Source: Paraspadella gotoi (Eukaryota > Animalia > Chaetognatha). Taken from it: 64,000 nucleotides of DNA. Below, piece after piece: positions 25,887 to 37,288 of this stretch (position 1 is its first letter; each line of letters starts with the position of its first letter). The notes below the pieces were generated by a model, which worked only from the letters and a program-made list of their open reading frames with translations, searched no databases and was not told where the DNA came from. The stretch lies in contig CM119269.1 of the NCBI GenBank assembly GCA_051294375.1, forward strand, positions 14,271,918-14,335,917, given 5' to 3'. Made by a program: the position numbers and the translations under genes.

Positions 25887-26761
25887 GGGGACCAACGTGA
25901 ACAGGGGGGGTAAAAAGCTGAAAACATAACGTTTTACCCTTTAACTTAAGCTGGTTCTGACCATATAATTTTTTCTTCTATAATCATTTGGGAAGTAGTT
26001 AAAAATTCGATGAAATCAGCGAGCTTAATTTTCTTTAAAAAATCGGTAAGAAGAAAATCTTTTTTCAAGTTTAAAATTTTTTTTCTAAAAAAGAGTAAGA
26101 TCTAATTTTAAAAAAGTTTTCAGCTTTTATCACAAAAATTTATAAGAAAAAAAACTAGGAATGAATCAAAATTTAAGGTATCGACTGATTTTATTTAACT
26201 TTCTTTTCAAATGATTCTGTTAATTGGATGAAAATAAAACTCTTTGAAGTAATATAAATATAAAAAGAAAAGAAAGATTCTGTACTTTTGCTAAATTTTT
26301 AATTGTTTATAATTAGGAATCAATATAGTTTAATAATACATTTAAGAGATGAATATGAATATTAATTAATAATTATTACAGTTTTGTTTCTGTAAATAGA
26401 ATTTAGGTTTGATTTGTCTGCTTTTAAGTAAATATAAAAATAAAAAATATTAGTCTTGTAAAGCCTTTGTTCAATGAGGCTTAAACCTAAAATTGTAGCT
26501 TTGTACAGTAAAATATAAAAAATTGGAATTTAGTAAAAATATTTTCTATTGCAAAAATAAAATAATGGATTATATAAATATTTAGGTAAGGTCAACTAAT
26601 TTTTTTTTTCATAATTATTAAATTTTTGTTTCCGCTACAATAAGAGATAGGAATTTTTTTTGCCACTTTCGCGTACAAACAAAAATTAATGACTATCACC
26701 ATTCAAATCCTTTGATGATAGACCCTTAAGCTTATGATATCATTTTTATCACTGGGTCCCC
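25887..26761. mobile_element. MITE with 13-bp TIRs and TTAA target-site duplication (Kolobok-type termini)
   Basis: TTAA|GGGGACCAA(C)GTGA ... TCACTGGGTCCCC|TTAA. The left TIR reads GGGGACCAAGTGA in copies 2 and 3, a 12/13 match to the right TIR. Very AT-rich interior with no ORF. Repeated within block B at 40535-41407, 42723-43588 and ~56895-57777. Confidence 0.7.
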
Positions 26762-27394
26762 TTAAATAAATTAAAAGAATTTACGTACTTGTTTTTGATG
26801 TTTGGATTTAAAAAAAAATTATTTACTACCCGACCGGTAAAATTGTTTTCATATTTTATAATTTAATCTAAACAAAAATAACAAATAATACGATCAATTT
26901 CTTCTCGATAATGCTGCACTTGAAAATTTGAATTTTTTTTTTTTTAGTTCCTTGGATCGAAAAATATAAGGAAAGAAAATTACCGGTGGTGGGGGGCAGA
27001 GCTGAGCGAACCCGGAAGGATCGGTTGACCCCATAAAGGGGCGTTAGTTGACCTTTAAGGGCGTTTGAGGTTTTTTCCCCGGTCGTCGTGAAGACCATAA
27101 AGCGAGCAAAGGGCGAAAAGGTGACGCGAAGAAGGTGTTGAAAGAGACGCCGCGGTTCCGCGATCACGACCTCTGGAAAACCAGGATAGATGACGACGAC
27201 GATGACGAAAATGACGAAGAAGACGACGACGATGACAACGACGATGACGACGACACGACGAAAAGAACGAAGAGCCCAAAGAAAAAAACAAAGAAATCGG
27301 CGAAGACAATGAAAAAAAAATGATGACGACGACGACCGTGACGACTTAAACGACGATGACGACGACAACGATGAAGAGGACAAAGTATGAAGAC

Positions 27395-27730
27395 AAGAAA
27401 GATGACAAGGACAAAGAAAGTAGGAAGAAGTTGTTGATAAAAGGAAAATGAGGTAGTCAAAGAAGTTGACAAGGACAAAGGAAGTAGGAACAAGTTGTAT
27501 AAATAGGAAAATGAGGGAGACAAAGAAGATGACAAGGAGAAAGGAAGTAGGAAGAAGTTGTCGATAAATAGGACAATGAGGGAGACAAAGAAGATGATAA
27601 GGACAAAGGAAGTAGGAAAAAGTTTGAGATAAAGATGACAACAATGAAGAAAAAGAAGATGACTAGGACAAAGAAAGTAGGAAGATAATGTCGATAAATA
27701 GGACAACGATGAAGACAAAGAAGATGACAA
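27395..27730. repeat. ~65-bp purine-rich minisatellite (~5 units) inside a (GAC/GAT)n-rich tract (27190-28240)
   Basis: Units of the form gatgacaaggacaaag(g/a)aagtaggaagaagttgtcgataaataggacaatgagggagacaaagaa, with stop codons in the units. Confidence 0.85.
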
Positions 27731-28418
27731 AGACGATGACAATAAAGTCCGTGACGGAAATAATAAGGAATTCATCAACGACGCCGGTCGTGACTCCAAC
27801 GACGGATTCCCTCCACGGTTCTCTCGATGACGCAGACGCTGCCGAATCTAGACGACGCCACGTCGCCTCGTGACGAATCGATTCAGGTTGCGTTCACTCA
27901 ATAAAGAGGATGACGACTACGGCGATGACAACGACGATCATAACGACGATGACAACGACGATACCAACGTCGAGGGTCGCAGCGACGATATCGATGACGA
28001 CAATAATGACAATCATGAAAATGACAATGATGACACTATGGTCGTAGTGACGATGACATCAACGACTGCAATGCCGACGGTAGCAGCGGCCACGTTAAGA
28101 TGGGCGAACAAATAGGGAACAATGATGTTTCTATTGACGATGATAATAATGACGATTGCAGACGCGAAAATGATAAAACAATGACGATGACGATGGTAGC
28201 AGGAACTATGAAAACGACGACGACGACGAGAACGACGAACGCCATGCCGAGCGGAAGCAGAGAGATGGCGCTCGGAATGTCACCGACAGAAAATCGCATT
28301 CATTTACCGATGTCGCAATATAGACGCTGACGTAGGAAACAAAGAACAATGAAGCTTGCTCATCTCACATAACAGAAGTTGGTCAAAGTTGGTCAAAAGG
28401 CAACCTTTATTTCCAGTT

Positions 28419-28915
28419 GCAAACGCACGCCATAACCTCAAAGAACGTTAACGAAGCATGCACATCACGCACGCACGCACGCCTCTCTAGAAGCAAACGC
28501 ACGCCATAACCTCAAAGAACGTTAACGAAGCGTGCTCATCATGCATGCACGCCATCTCTAGGAGCAAACGCACGCCATAACCTCAAAGAACGTTAACGAA
28601 GTGTGCTCATCACGCACGCACGCCATCTCTAGGAGCAAACGCACGCCATAACCTCAAAGAACGTTAATGAAGCGTGCTCATCACGCACGCACGCCATCTC
28701 TAGGAGAAAATGCACGCCATAACCTCAAAGAACATTAACAAAGCGTGCATCAACGCACGCACGCCATCTCTAGGACCAAACTCACGCCATAACCTCAAAG
28801 AACGTTAACGAAGCGTGCTCATCACGCACGCACGCCATCTCTAGGACCAAACTCACGCCATAACCTCAAAGAACGTTAACGAAGCGTGCTCATCAGGCAC
28901 GCACGCACGCACGCA
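28419..28915. repeat. 71-bp minisatellite, ~7 units (GCACGCCATAACCTCAAAGAACGTTAACGAAGCGTGCTCATCACGCACGCACGCCATCTCTAGGAGCAAAC)
   Basis: cacgccataa at 28571 and 28642 gives a period of 71, with head-to-tail high-identity units. Copies at ~38365-38866, 45228-45722 and 54705-55205. Confidence 0.95.
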
Positions 28916-29966
28916 AACGCAGGCCTTGACTTCGAAGATCGATTGACGCATCTAATTTGTTCACGATTTCGACCTCATCTCTCAGTCGTCGTAAAAATAA
29001 CCTTCCTCCTCTCGATCCGTCGAGTCGTCGAGAGAAAAATCCCGAAACGTAAAACGAACGCGAGCGACAAGGCCAAACGGTTGCCACTTGCCAGTTCTGA
29101 CCGTGATGTGAGTTCGTGAAAAACGGGAGGCGACGAATTCCGAGTTAATCACGAACGTGTGAATGAGGATGTGAATCACGATGCTACGACTGCAGCGACG
29201 ACGAGATGTATTTCCTTCTATTATGTTGCCGACAAATCACGCGTCTTTGTCGACTCCATCCGCTACAGCTGACCCATCGTTACTCCAGCGACTTTGTCCG
29301 CTTCCGCACCATTTTTTTTATGCGAGATTCGATAACGCGACGACTCTCCAACCTGTCTTCAATAAGAGCTCCACCTATTCCACAGTAGTTTTCGTCGTTC
29401 CAACAATTACGAATCCATTCTGTTAATCGAAGCGTCTCATCGGCTCCACGTTTCTCGCTCTACTTTGTCTCTGATCACAAACGCTCTACTTCTTGCTCCA
29501 GTAAAATACGATCGATCCACTTTCTTACTTTCTATCGTTCCTTCTAAAAAGCCAGAAGCTCGAGAGCTGGTCGCCGTTATAGGCCAAGTTATTGACGCAG
29601 TAATTGGCGAAGTTATTGGCGTTAATAAAACAAGAATTACGACGGGAAAGCGGTGAGGGACAAGATTTCCAGAGAGAGAAAGGGAAGCAAACGCCATCCG
29701 GGTAGACGAGGGGGGGGGGAAATCGTCGCTTACCGGGAACGCAAACGGTGGATGTTCTTATTAACTTTATTACATCCGGGTTGAAATTCTCGGAATCACG
29801 TGACGTCATAAAATGTTATTTTTCTTTTGTGACGAAATCGTTTGCATCAACGACAACAGAATCAACATTTTGCGAAAAAACATCTGCTATGTAACGAGGA
29901 CGACGACTGCGAAAGAATTCTCTCTCCTCCCGAACCTGAGAACTTCTGACGCACCTGCGAGTCGGG

Positions 29967-30031
<65 letters not shown>

Positions 30032-30142
30032 GAGGGAGGCGTTGAGAGAGTGGAGGCGGGGGCGGTGAACCTTGCCCGTTTTCCAGGTCGTTCGGAGAGA
30101 AGCGGAAGAAGCGGCCGACGAGAAGCGGAATCGAAGAGACGC

Positions 30143-30205
<63 letters not shown>

Positions 30206-30502
30206 AAGACGAACACACCTTGGGCGCCAGGGGTTTCGCCATCTTTGTTGACTAAGGAGGCGCTCAGGTTTGCATCGCGAAAATGTGCGAGTCGACGTCA
30301 ATTATTCAGGTTTTGCGAAATAGTTGAAGAGAGCGTGTTTCTGTATTCGTATCCTCAGTATTTACCTTGAATACTGTATGAATCGGCATGAGACCGTTTT
30401 TATAATTTAATTTTAGTCTAGATTGTTTTGCCATTATATTGATAAATCGGTTGAATAGATTTTTTGTTGTTGCAATTTTGAGCAATACAACACCCGAAGC
30501 CT

Positions 30503-31095
30503 AAGACCTGATTGGTTCCAACGCCGAAATTCAGATGGAAACTTGATTGGTTCCAACGCTGAAACTTAGATGGAGACTTGATTGGTTCCAATGCTGAAAA
30601 TCAGATGGAGACTTAATTGGTTCCAATGCTGAAAATCAGATGGAGACTTGATTGGTTCCAACGCCAAAGTTCAGATGGAGACTTTATTGGTTCCAATGCC
30701 GAAACTTAGATGGAGACTTGATTGGTTCCAACGCCAAAACTTAGAAGAAGACTTGATTGGTTCTAAAGCCAAAACGACAAAAAATAAACTAAAAATTATA
30801 TTGATTAGTAGAAATGCTAAAACCCGGATGGGGACTTGATTGGTTTCAACGCCAAAACTGAGAAAAAGACTTGATTGGTTCCAACCCTGAATCTCAGATG
30901 AAGACTTGATTGGTTCCTTTGCCAAAAATAAGATGGAGACTTGATTGGTTCCAACGCCGAAACTCAGATGGAGATTTGATTGGGTCCAACGCTGAAACTC
31001 AGATGGAGACTCGATTGGTTCCAATGCCTAAACTGAGATGGAGACTTGATTGGTTCCAACGCCGAAACTGAGATGGAGACTTGATTGGTTCCAAC
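30503..31095. repeat. 35-bp minisatellite, ~17 units (consensus GACTTGATTGGTTCCAACGCCGAAACTCAGATGGA)
   Basis: ATTGG recurs at 30511, 30546, 30581, 30616, 30651, 30686, 30721 and 30756, then after an A-rich interruption at 30839-31084 in 35-bp steps. Copies at ~36197-36790, 47295-47872 and 52566-53135. Confidence 0.95.
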
Positions 31096-31231
31096 GGCAG
31101 CAGATGGCGCCGCTTCATGAACTTCGGGTCAACGAGCGGCCGAGAAATAACGACCGAAGCCTTGTTACCGTCGACCACAAAATTTCCTCTTGGCCAACAT
31201 TGACTTCCATCTCTCTTGCTTTCGTCGCCGT

Positions 31232-31262
<31 letters not shown>

Positions 31263-32276
31263 ATCGTCGTCGGCGTCATTTCGTTAGTTTTCCTTTGTTC
31301 GTTTACATCATTCCTACATTCATTTTCATCGTTAATTATTATGTGTTTTAGACGATTGTTTAGTTCCGTCCTTGTTTATCGAGTCCTTTCCTTTTGTCGG
31401 ATTTTATCTCTTCATCTCACTAGACATGAATGAAGTTTCAATCGTCGTCGTCATCGTCGTCGACGTTGGATTCAGTGAAGCTAATGTTGACGATCTGCGT
31501 CATCAATGTGAAGGTGATAAAGTTAAGACTGACAAATTGTGAAATGTGACGCCCCACTTTTTAAAATCAATTTATGGTCGCGATGAGACAAGACTTAGTT
31601 TACAGAACAACTTAGATTCAGGGAAAATTTGAATAAATTTTTAAACAAATTTTTATAATCATTTCTTTCATTCGTTAGAATAACAAATTCATGAGAATAA
31701 CGAATTTTTATATTTAATTTCATAGATAACAATTTGAAAGGAATACTGTGGAGAAAGAGACAGAAAAGATAAGATAGATAAGACAGGAAAAAAAATAATT
31801 AGCGTAGCTCGCTAATGACGTTTGCGGGTTTCTATGGCTTCGTTCGATTTCTTCATGAGCAATTATGCAATGCGCATGAATTTTGTTAGTATATTGTTTG
31901 AAGGATATTTAAATTACGTAAAGTGATTTACTTAAACATGAGCCAACGTTAAGTGGTGACCAAGCACCCAGGCTCCCAAGCTCGTTATGTTTCCCCCAAC
32001 TAATCATGATCGAATGAATGAATAAATTTCATTCGATGCCATTAACTCAATTCGATTGTCGAATCCAACGGAATCGAGATAATTGATATTAGTCGAGTCG
32101 AAGAAGCGAGGCAGCAGTCGAAGCAGCAGTCGAAGCAGCAGTCGAAGCAGCGAGGAGTCAATCGCGATGAAGACAATCGACGTCCGTGAAAAGTGGTTTT
32201 CGTTGGAAGACGACGGTTGAGGTGAGACGATGGTGAGGGGGTGGGTGGGGTGGTCGATTGGCGGCGGCGGCGGCGG

Positions 32277-32314
<38 letters not shown>

Positions 32315-32428
32315 GGCGGCGGCGGCGGCGCGGCGGCGGCGGCCGGCGGATCCCCAGAGTCCTCGAACGAGATGAGAATCCGTCCTTTGAAATTCGCCAT
32401 CGAAAGTGTCGACGAGAACGTGACGAGA

Positions 32429-32524
<96 letters not shown>

Positions 32525-32564
32525 TAGGGGAAAACGGAAGACAGACTGAACCAGAACCAAAGAG

Positions 32565-32643
<79 letters not shown>

Positions 32644-32645
<2 letters not shown>

Positions 32646-34404
32646 GCGGAAGAAGAGACCCGACCCTTCCATTGAAAAGTCAAATGACAACATGGGCGAT
32701 AAACGCTGAAGCGATCGAAGATTAAAACGACCCCGAAAAACCATTTGGCGATTGACGTCATGGGAAGGAGGAGGAGGCGCTCTTCCCCCCCCCAGCACCC
32801 CCCCATCGCTTATTCTCTGCCTTCGAGAGAAATAAAATCATTTGAAGTCAGCGCGAACGGGGAAAATTATGCAGCCTATATGCTGTGGATAGGATTTTAT
32901 TTTTCGATATATCGGATTATCGCGAAAACTAAGTTTCAGGACATCGACTTGTGGCGGGAAGGTTTAGAGGTTTACAAGTTGCGCAACAGAGGTGTCGACT
33001 ACAAGTCTACAGATAGCAAAACAAAAGGACAAGTCACAAATTTAGGGATGGCGCGATATTGACGCCGGTCGCAAGTCTACAGGTGGCGGGACAAAGGCGA
33101 CAGTCAAAAGTTTACATATGGCGCAACATAGTCGCCAAGTTACAGGTCTACAGATGGCACATCCAAGGCGACAGTCACAAGTTTACAGATGGCGCGACAA
33201 AGGCGCCAAGTTTACAGGTGCCGGTCGCAAAACGCTAATCGCGAAAAACGTGAGGAGAATTTTTATTGGAACTTTGATTCTCTTCCAAATCTTCGATTGG
33301 CGCCGATGAGTGTGGAGACCGTGGATTGCGAGTGTGGAGAGCGAGTGTGGAGTGCGAGTGTGGAGTGTGAGGGTGGAGTGCGAGTGTGGATGCGAAGTGC
33401 GAGTGTGGAGTGTGATGGTGGAGTGCGAGTGTGGAGTGTGAGTCGGAGTGAGGTGTGGAGTGCGGTGTGGATTGGGAGTGTAGAGTGGGAGTGTGGATTG
33501 CGAGTGCGGAGTGCAAGTGAGGAGTGCGAGTGTAGAGTGCGGAGTGCGGAGTGCAAGGATGTAGTGCGAGGGTGGAGTGCGAGTGTTTAGTCGAGTGTGG
33601 AGTGTGAGTGTGGAGGCGAGTGTGGAGTGCGAGGGTGGAGTGCGAGTGTTTGTCGAGTGTGGAGTGTGAGTGTGGAGAGCGAGTGTGGAGTGCGAGGGTG
33701 GAGTGCGAGTGTGGTCGGATCGAGGTGAGTGTGGGTGCGTGGTAGTGAGAGCGTTCGGGATTGTGATTGAGCTTTTATTTTTTAATTGAATTTAGATAAA
33801 TTCCTTTCGTTATTTGTGTGTGATCACTAAGGCGTATTAAGTTGCAGATCAAAATTCGAATAGTTGATCATGAACTATCAAGAATATTGATAATAAATTT
33901 TTGCAGTAGCTCACATCGTACTCACCATAGAATATGTAAAAATTTTAAAATGGTTTATAGAGATTATTTTACAAATTTTAAAATTTTAACATTCTCTATC
34001 GTGAGTACCATGTACAAATATGGTCTTCTGCGAAAATTGAAAAAAAAAATGTAAACAGATTTGTTTAGGATCAATTATTCGAATTTTTTTTCTACTGGAT
34101 TTTAAAATTTTTGCTATTCTTTAGTGATTATGCCTGATTGTTCAGAAATCTATTGGGTAATTCTGGTCGCCCAACGAGGGGCTGCCGACGAAGTTTCTGG
34201 GTTAAAGGGGCAGAAAATTCGACCACGCCCAGACGCTTACATCCATTAGAACGTTTTATCGGATTCCTCTTTTCTTGGAATTCGAAAAAGGCGGCTGCCC
34301 CCTGCGCCGCCGGGCCCCTGCTGCGTTCGGCGGCGCTTCCTCGACGGCGAACCCATATTTCCACCTTTCCTCATTTTCTCACAGTTCTTAGTCGGCATCC
34401 GGAA
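32644..34404 (-). repeat. Block A, copy 2 (inverted; spacer of first palindrome)
   Basis: gaagaagagacccgacccttcc...cttagtcggcatccggaat is the reverse complement of 23288-25006, with one extra CACTC-type minisatellite unit. Confidence 0.95.
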
Positions 34405-34414
34405 TCTCTCTCTC

Positions 34415-34484
<70 letters not shown>

Positions 34485-34725
34485 TTCTTCATCTCCCTCT
34501 CTCGTCACGTTCTCGTCGACACTTCGATGGCGAATTTCAAAGGACGGAGCGCATCTCGTTCGAGGACTCTGGGGATCCGCCGGCCGCCGCCGCCGCCGCC
34601 GGCCGCGCCGCGCCCCGCGCCGCCGCCGCCGTCGCCGCGCCGCCGCCGCCGCCGCCGCCGCCGCAATCGACCACCCCACCCACCCTCACCATCGTCTCAC
34701 NNNNNNNNNNNNNNNNNNNNNNNNN

Positions 34726-34791
<66 letters not shown>

Positions 34792-34830
34792 TGGTTCTGG
34801 TTCAGTCTGTCTTCCGTTTTCCCCCTATTT

Positions 34831-34882
<52 letters not shown>

Positions 34883-35026
34883 TCTCTCTCTCTTCTCTCT
34901 CTCCCTCTCTCGTCACGTTCTCGTCGACACTTTCGATGGCGAATTTCAAAGGACGGATTCTCATCTCGTTCGAGGACTCTGGGATCCGCCCGGCCGCCGC
35001 CGCCGCCGCCGGCCGCCGCCGCCGCC

Positions 35027-35065
<39 letters not shown>

Positions 35066-36029
35066 TATTCCTCAACCGTCGTCTTCCAACGAAAACCACT
35101 TTTCACGGACGTCGATTGTCTTCATCGCGATTGACCCTCGCTGCTTCGACTGCTGCTTCGACTGCTGCTTCGACTGCTGCCTCGCTTCTTCGACTCGACT
35201 AATATCAATTATCTCGATTCCGTTGGATTCGACAATCGAATTGAGTTAATGGCATCGAATGAAATTTATTCATTCATTCGATCATGATTAGTTGGGGGAA
35301 ACATAACGAGCTTGGGAGCCTGGGTGCTTGGTCACCACTTAACGTTGGCTCATGTTTAAGTAAATCACTTTACGTAATTTAAATATCCTTCAAACAATAT
35401 ACTAACAAAATTCATGCGCATTGCATAATTGCTCATGAAGAAATCGAACGAAGCCATAGAAACCCGCAAACGTCATTAGCGAGCTACGCTAATTATTTTT
35501 TTTCCTGTCTTATCTATCTTATCTTTTCTGTCTCTTTCTCCACAGTATTCCTTTCAAATTGTTATCTTATGAAATTAAATATAAAAATTCGTTATTCTCA
35601 TGAATTTGTTATTCTAACGAATGAAAGAAATGATTATAAAAATTTGTTTAAAAATTTATTCAAATTTTCCCTGAATCTAAGTTGTTCTGTAAACTAAGTC
35701 TTGTCTCATCGCGACCATAAATTGATTTTAAAAAGTGGGTCGTCACATTTCACAATTTGTCAGTCTTAACTTTATCACCTTCACATTGATGACGCAGATC
35801 GTCAACATTAGCTTCACTGAATCCAACGTCGACGACGATGACGACGACGATTGAAACTTCATTCATGTCTAGTGAGATGAAGAGATAAAATCCGACAAAA
35901 GGAAAGGACTCGATAAACAAGGACGGAACTAAACAATCGTCTAAAACACATAATAATTAACGATGAAAATGAATGTAGGAATGATGTAAACGAACAAAGG
36001 AAAACTAACGAAATGACGCCGACGACGAT

Positions 36030-36060
<31 letters not shown>

Positions 36061-37086
36061 ACGGCGACGAAAGCAAGAGAGATGGAAGTCAATGTTGGCC
36101 AAGAGGAAATTTTGTGGTCGACGGTAACAAGGCTTCGGTCGTTATTTCTCGGCCGCTCGTTGACCCGAAGTTCATGAAGCGGCGCCATCTGCTGCCGTTG
36201 GAACCAATCAAGTCTCCATCTCAGTTTCGGCGTTGGAACCAATCAAGTCTCCATCTCAGTTTAGGCATTGGAACCAATCGAGTCTCCATCTGAGTTTCAG
36301 CGTTGGACCCAATCAAATCTCCATCTGAGTTTCGGCGTTGGAACCAATCAAGTCTCCATCTTATTTTTGGCAAAGGAACCAATCAAGTCTTCATCTGAGA
36401 TTCAGGGTTGGAACCAATCAAGTCTTTTTCTCAGTTTTGGCGTTGAAACCAATCAAGTCCCCATCCGGGTTTTAGCATTTCTACTAATCAATATAATTTT
36501 TAGTTTATTTTTTGCGTTTTGGCTTTAGAACCAATCAAGTCTTCTTCTAAGTTTTGGCGTTGGAACCAATCAAGTCTCCATCTAAGTTTCGGCATTGGAA
36601 CCAATAAAGTCTCCATCTGAACTTTGGCGTTGGAACCAATCAAGTCTCCATCTGATTTTCAGCATTGGAACCAATTAAGTCTCCATCTGATTTTCAGCAT
36701 TGGAACCAATCAAGTCTCCATCTAAGTTTCAGCGTTGGAACCAATCAAGTTTCCATCTGAATTTCGGCGTTGGAACCAATCAGGTCTTAGGCTTCGGGTG
36801 TTGTATTGCTCAAAATTGCAACAACAAAAAATCTATTCAACCGATTTATCAATATAATGGCAAAACAATCTAGACTAAAATTAAATTATAAAAACGGTCT
36901 CATGCCGATTCATACAGTATTCAAGGTAAATACTGAGGATACGAATACAGAAACACGCTCTCTTCAACTATTTCGCAAAACCTGAATAATTGACGTCGAC
37001 TCGCACATTTTCGCGATGCAAACCTGAGCGCCTCCTTAGTCAACAAAGATGGCGAAACCCCTGGCGCCCAAGGTGTGTTCGTCTTT

Positions 37087-37132
<46 letters not shown>

Positions 37133-37232
37133 GTCTCTTCGATTCCGCTTCTCGTCGGCCGCTTCTTCCGCTTCTCCCGAACGACCTGGAAAACGGGCAA
37201 GGTTCACCGCCCCCGCCTCCACTCTCTCAACG

Positions 37233-37288
<56 letters not shown>

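Larger units (their letters stand above)
25008..32643 (+). repeat. Block B, copy 1 (left arm of first palindrome, including inner GA-rich linker)
   Basis: Starts tttttaaatttcttttttggatcgtaaacgcg. Reverse complement recurs at 34726-41837 and 51019-58683, direct copy at 41863-49190. Mirrored ORFs confirm it, e.g. 31050..31433(+) = 35859..36242(-) and 29181..29426(+) = 37854..38099(-). Confidence 0.95.

Noticed and set aside
26868-28330. Asp/Glu- or Thr-rich ORFs suggesting an acidic protein
   Set aside because: Derived from (GAC/GAT)n low-complexity sequence and a 65-bp minisatellite with frequent stops. Frames differ among the four copies.
28419-28915. 71-bp period resembling CRISPR repeat plus spacer
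   Set aside because: The whole 71 bp is repeated, with no unique spacers.
30503-31095. CRISPR-like array (35-bp period, palindromic core)
   Set aside because: Units are head-to-tail and the variable halves are homologous to each other, so there are no unique spacers. No cas genes, and the context is eukaryotic.
34138-35249. Longest ORFs (354 aa, 240 aa) and similar ones at 32004-32806 and 50818-51668
   Set aside because: Composed of (CT)n, (GGC)n and N-gap translations (poly-SL, -ER, -A, -R, -P). Frames are not preserved between copies.
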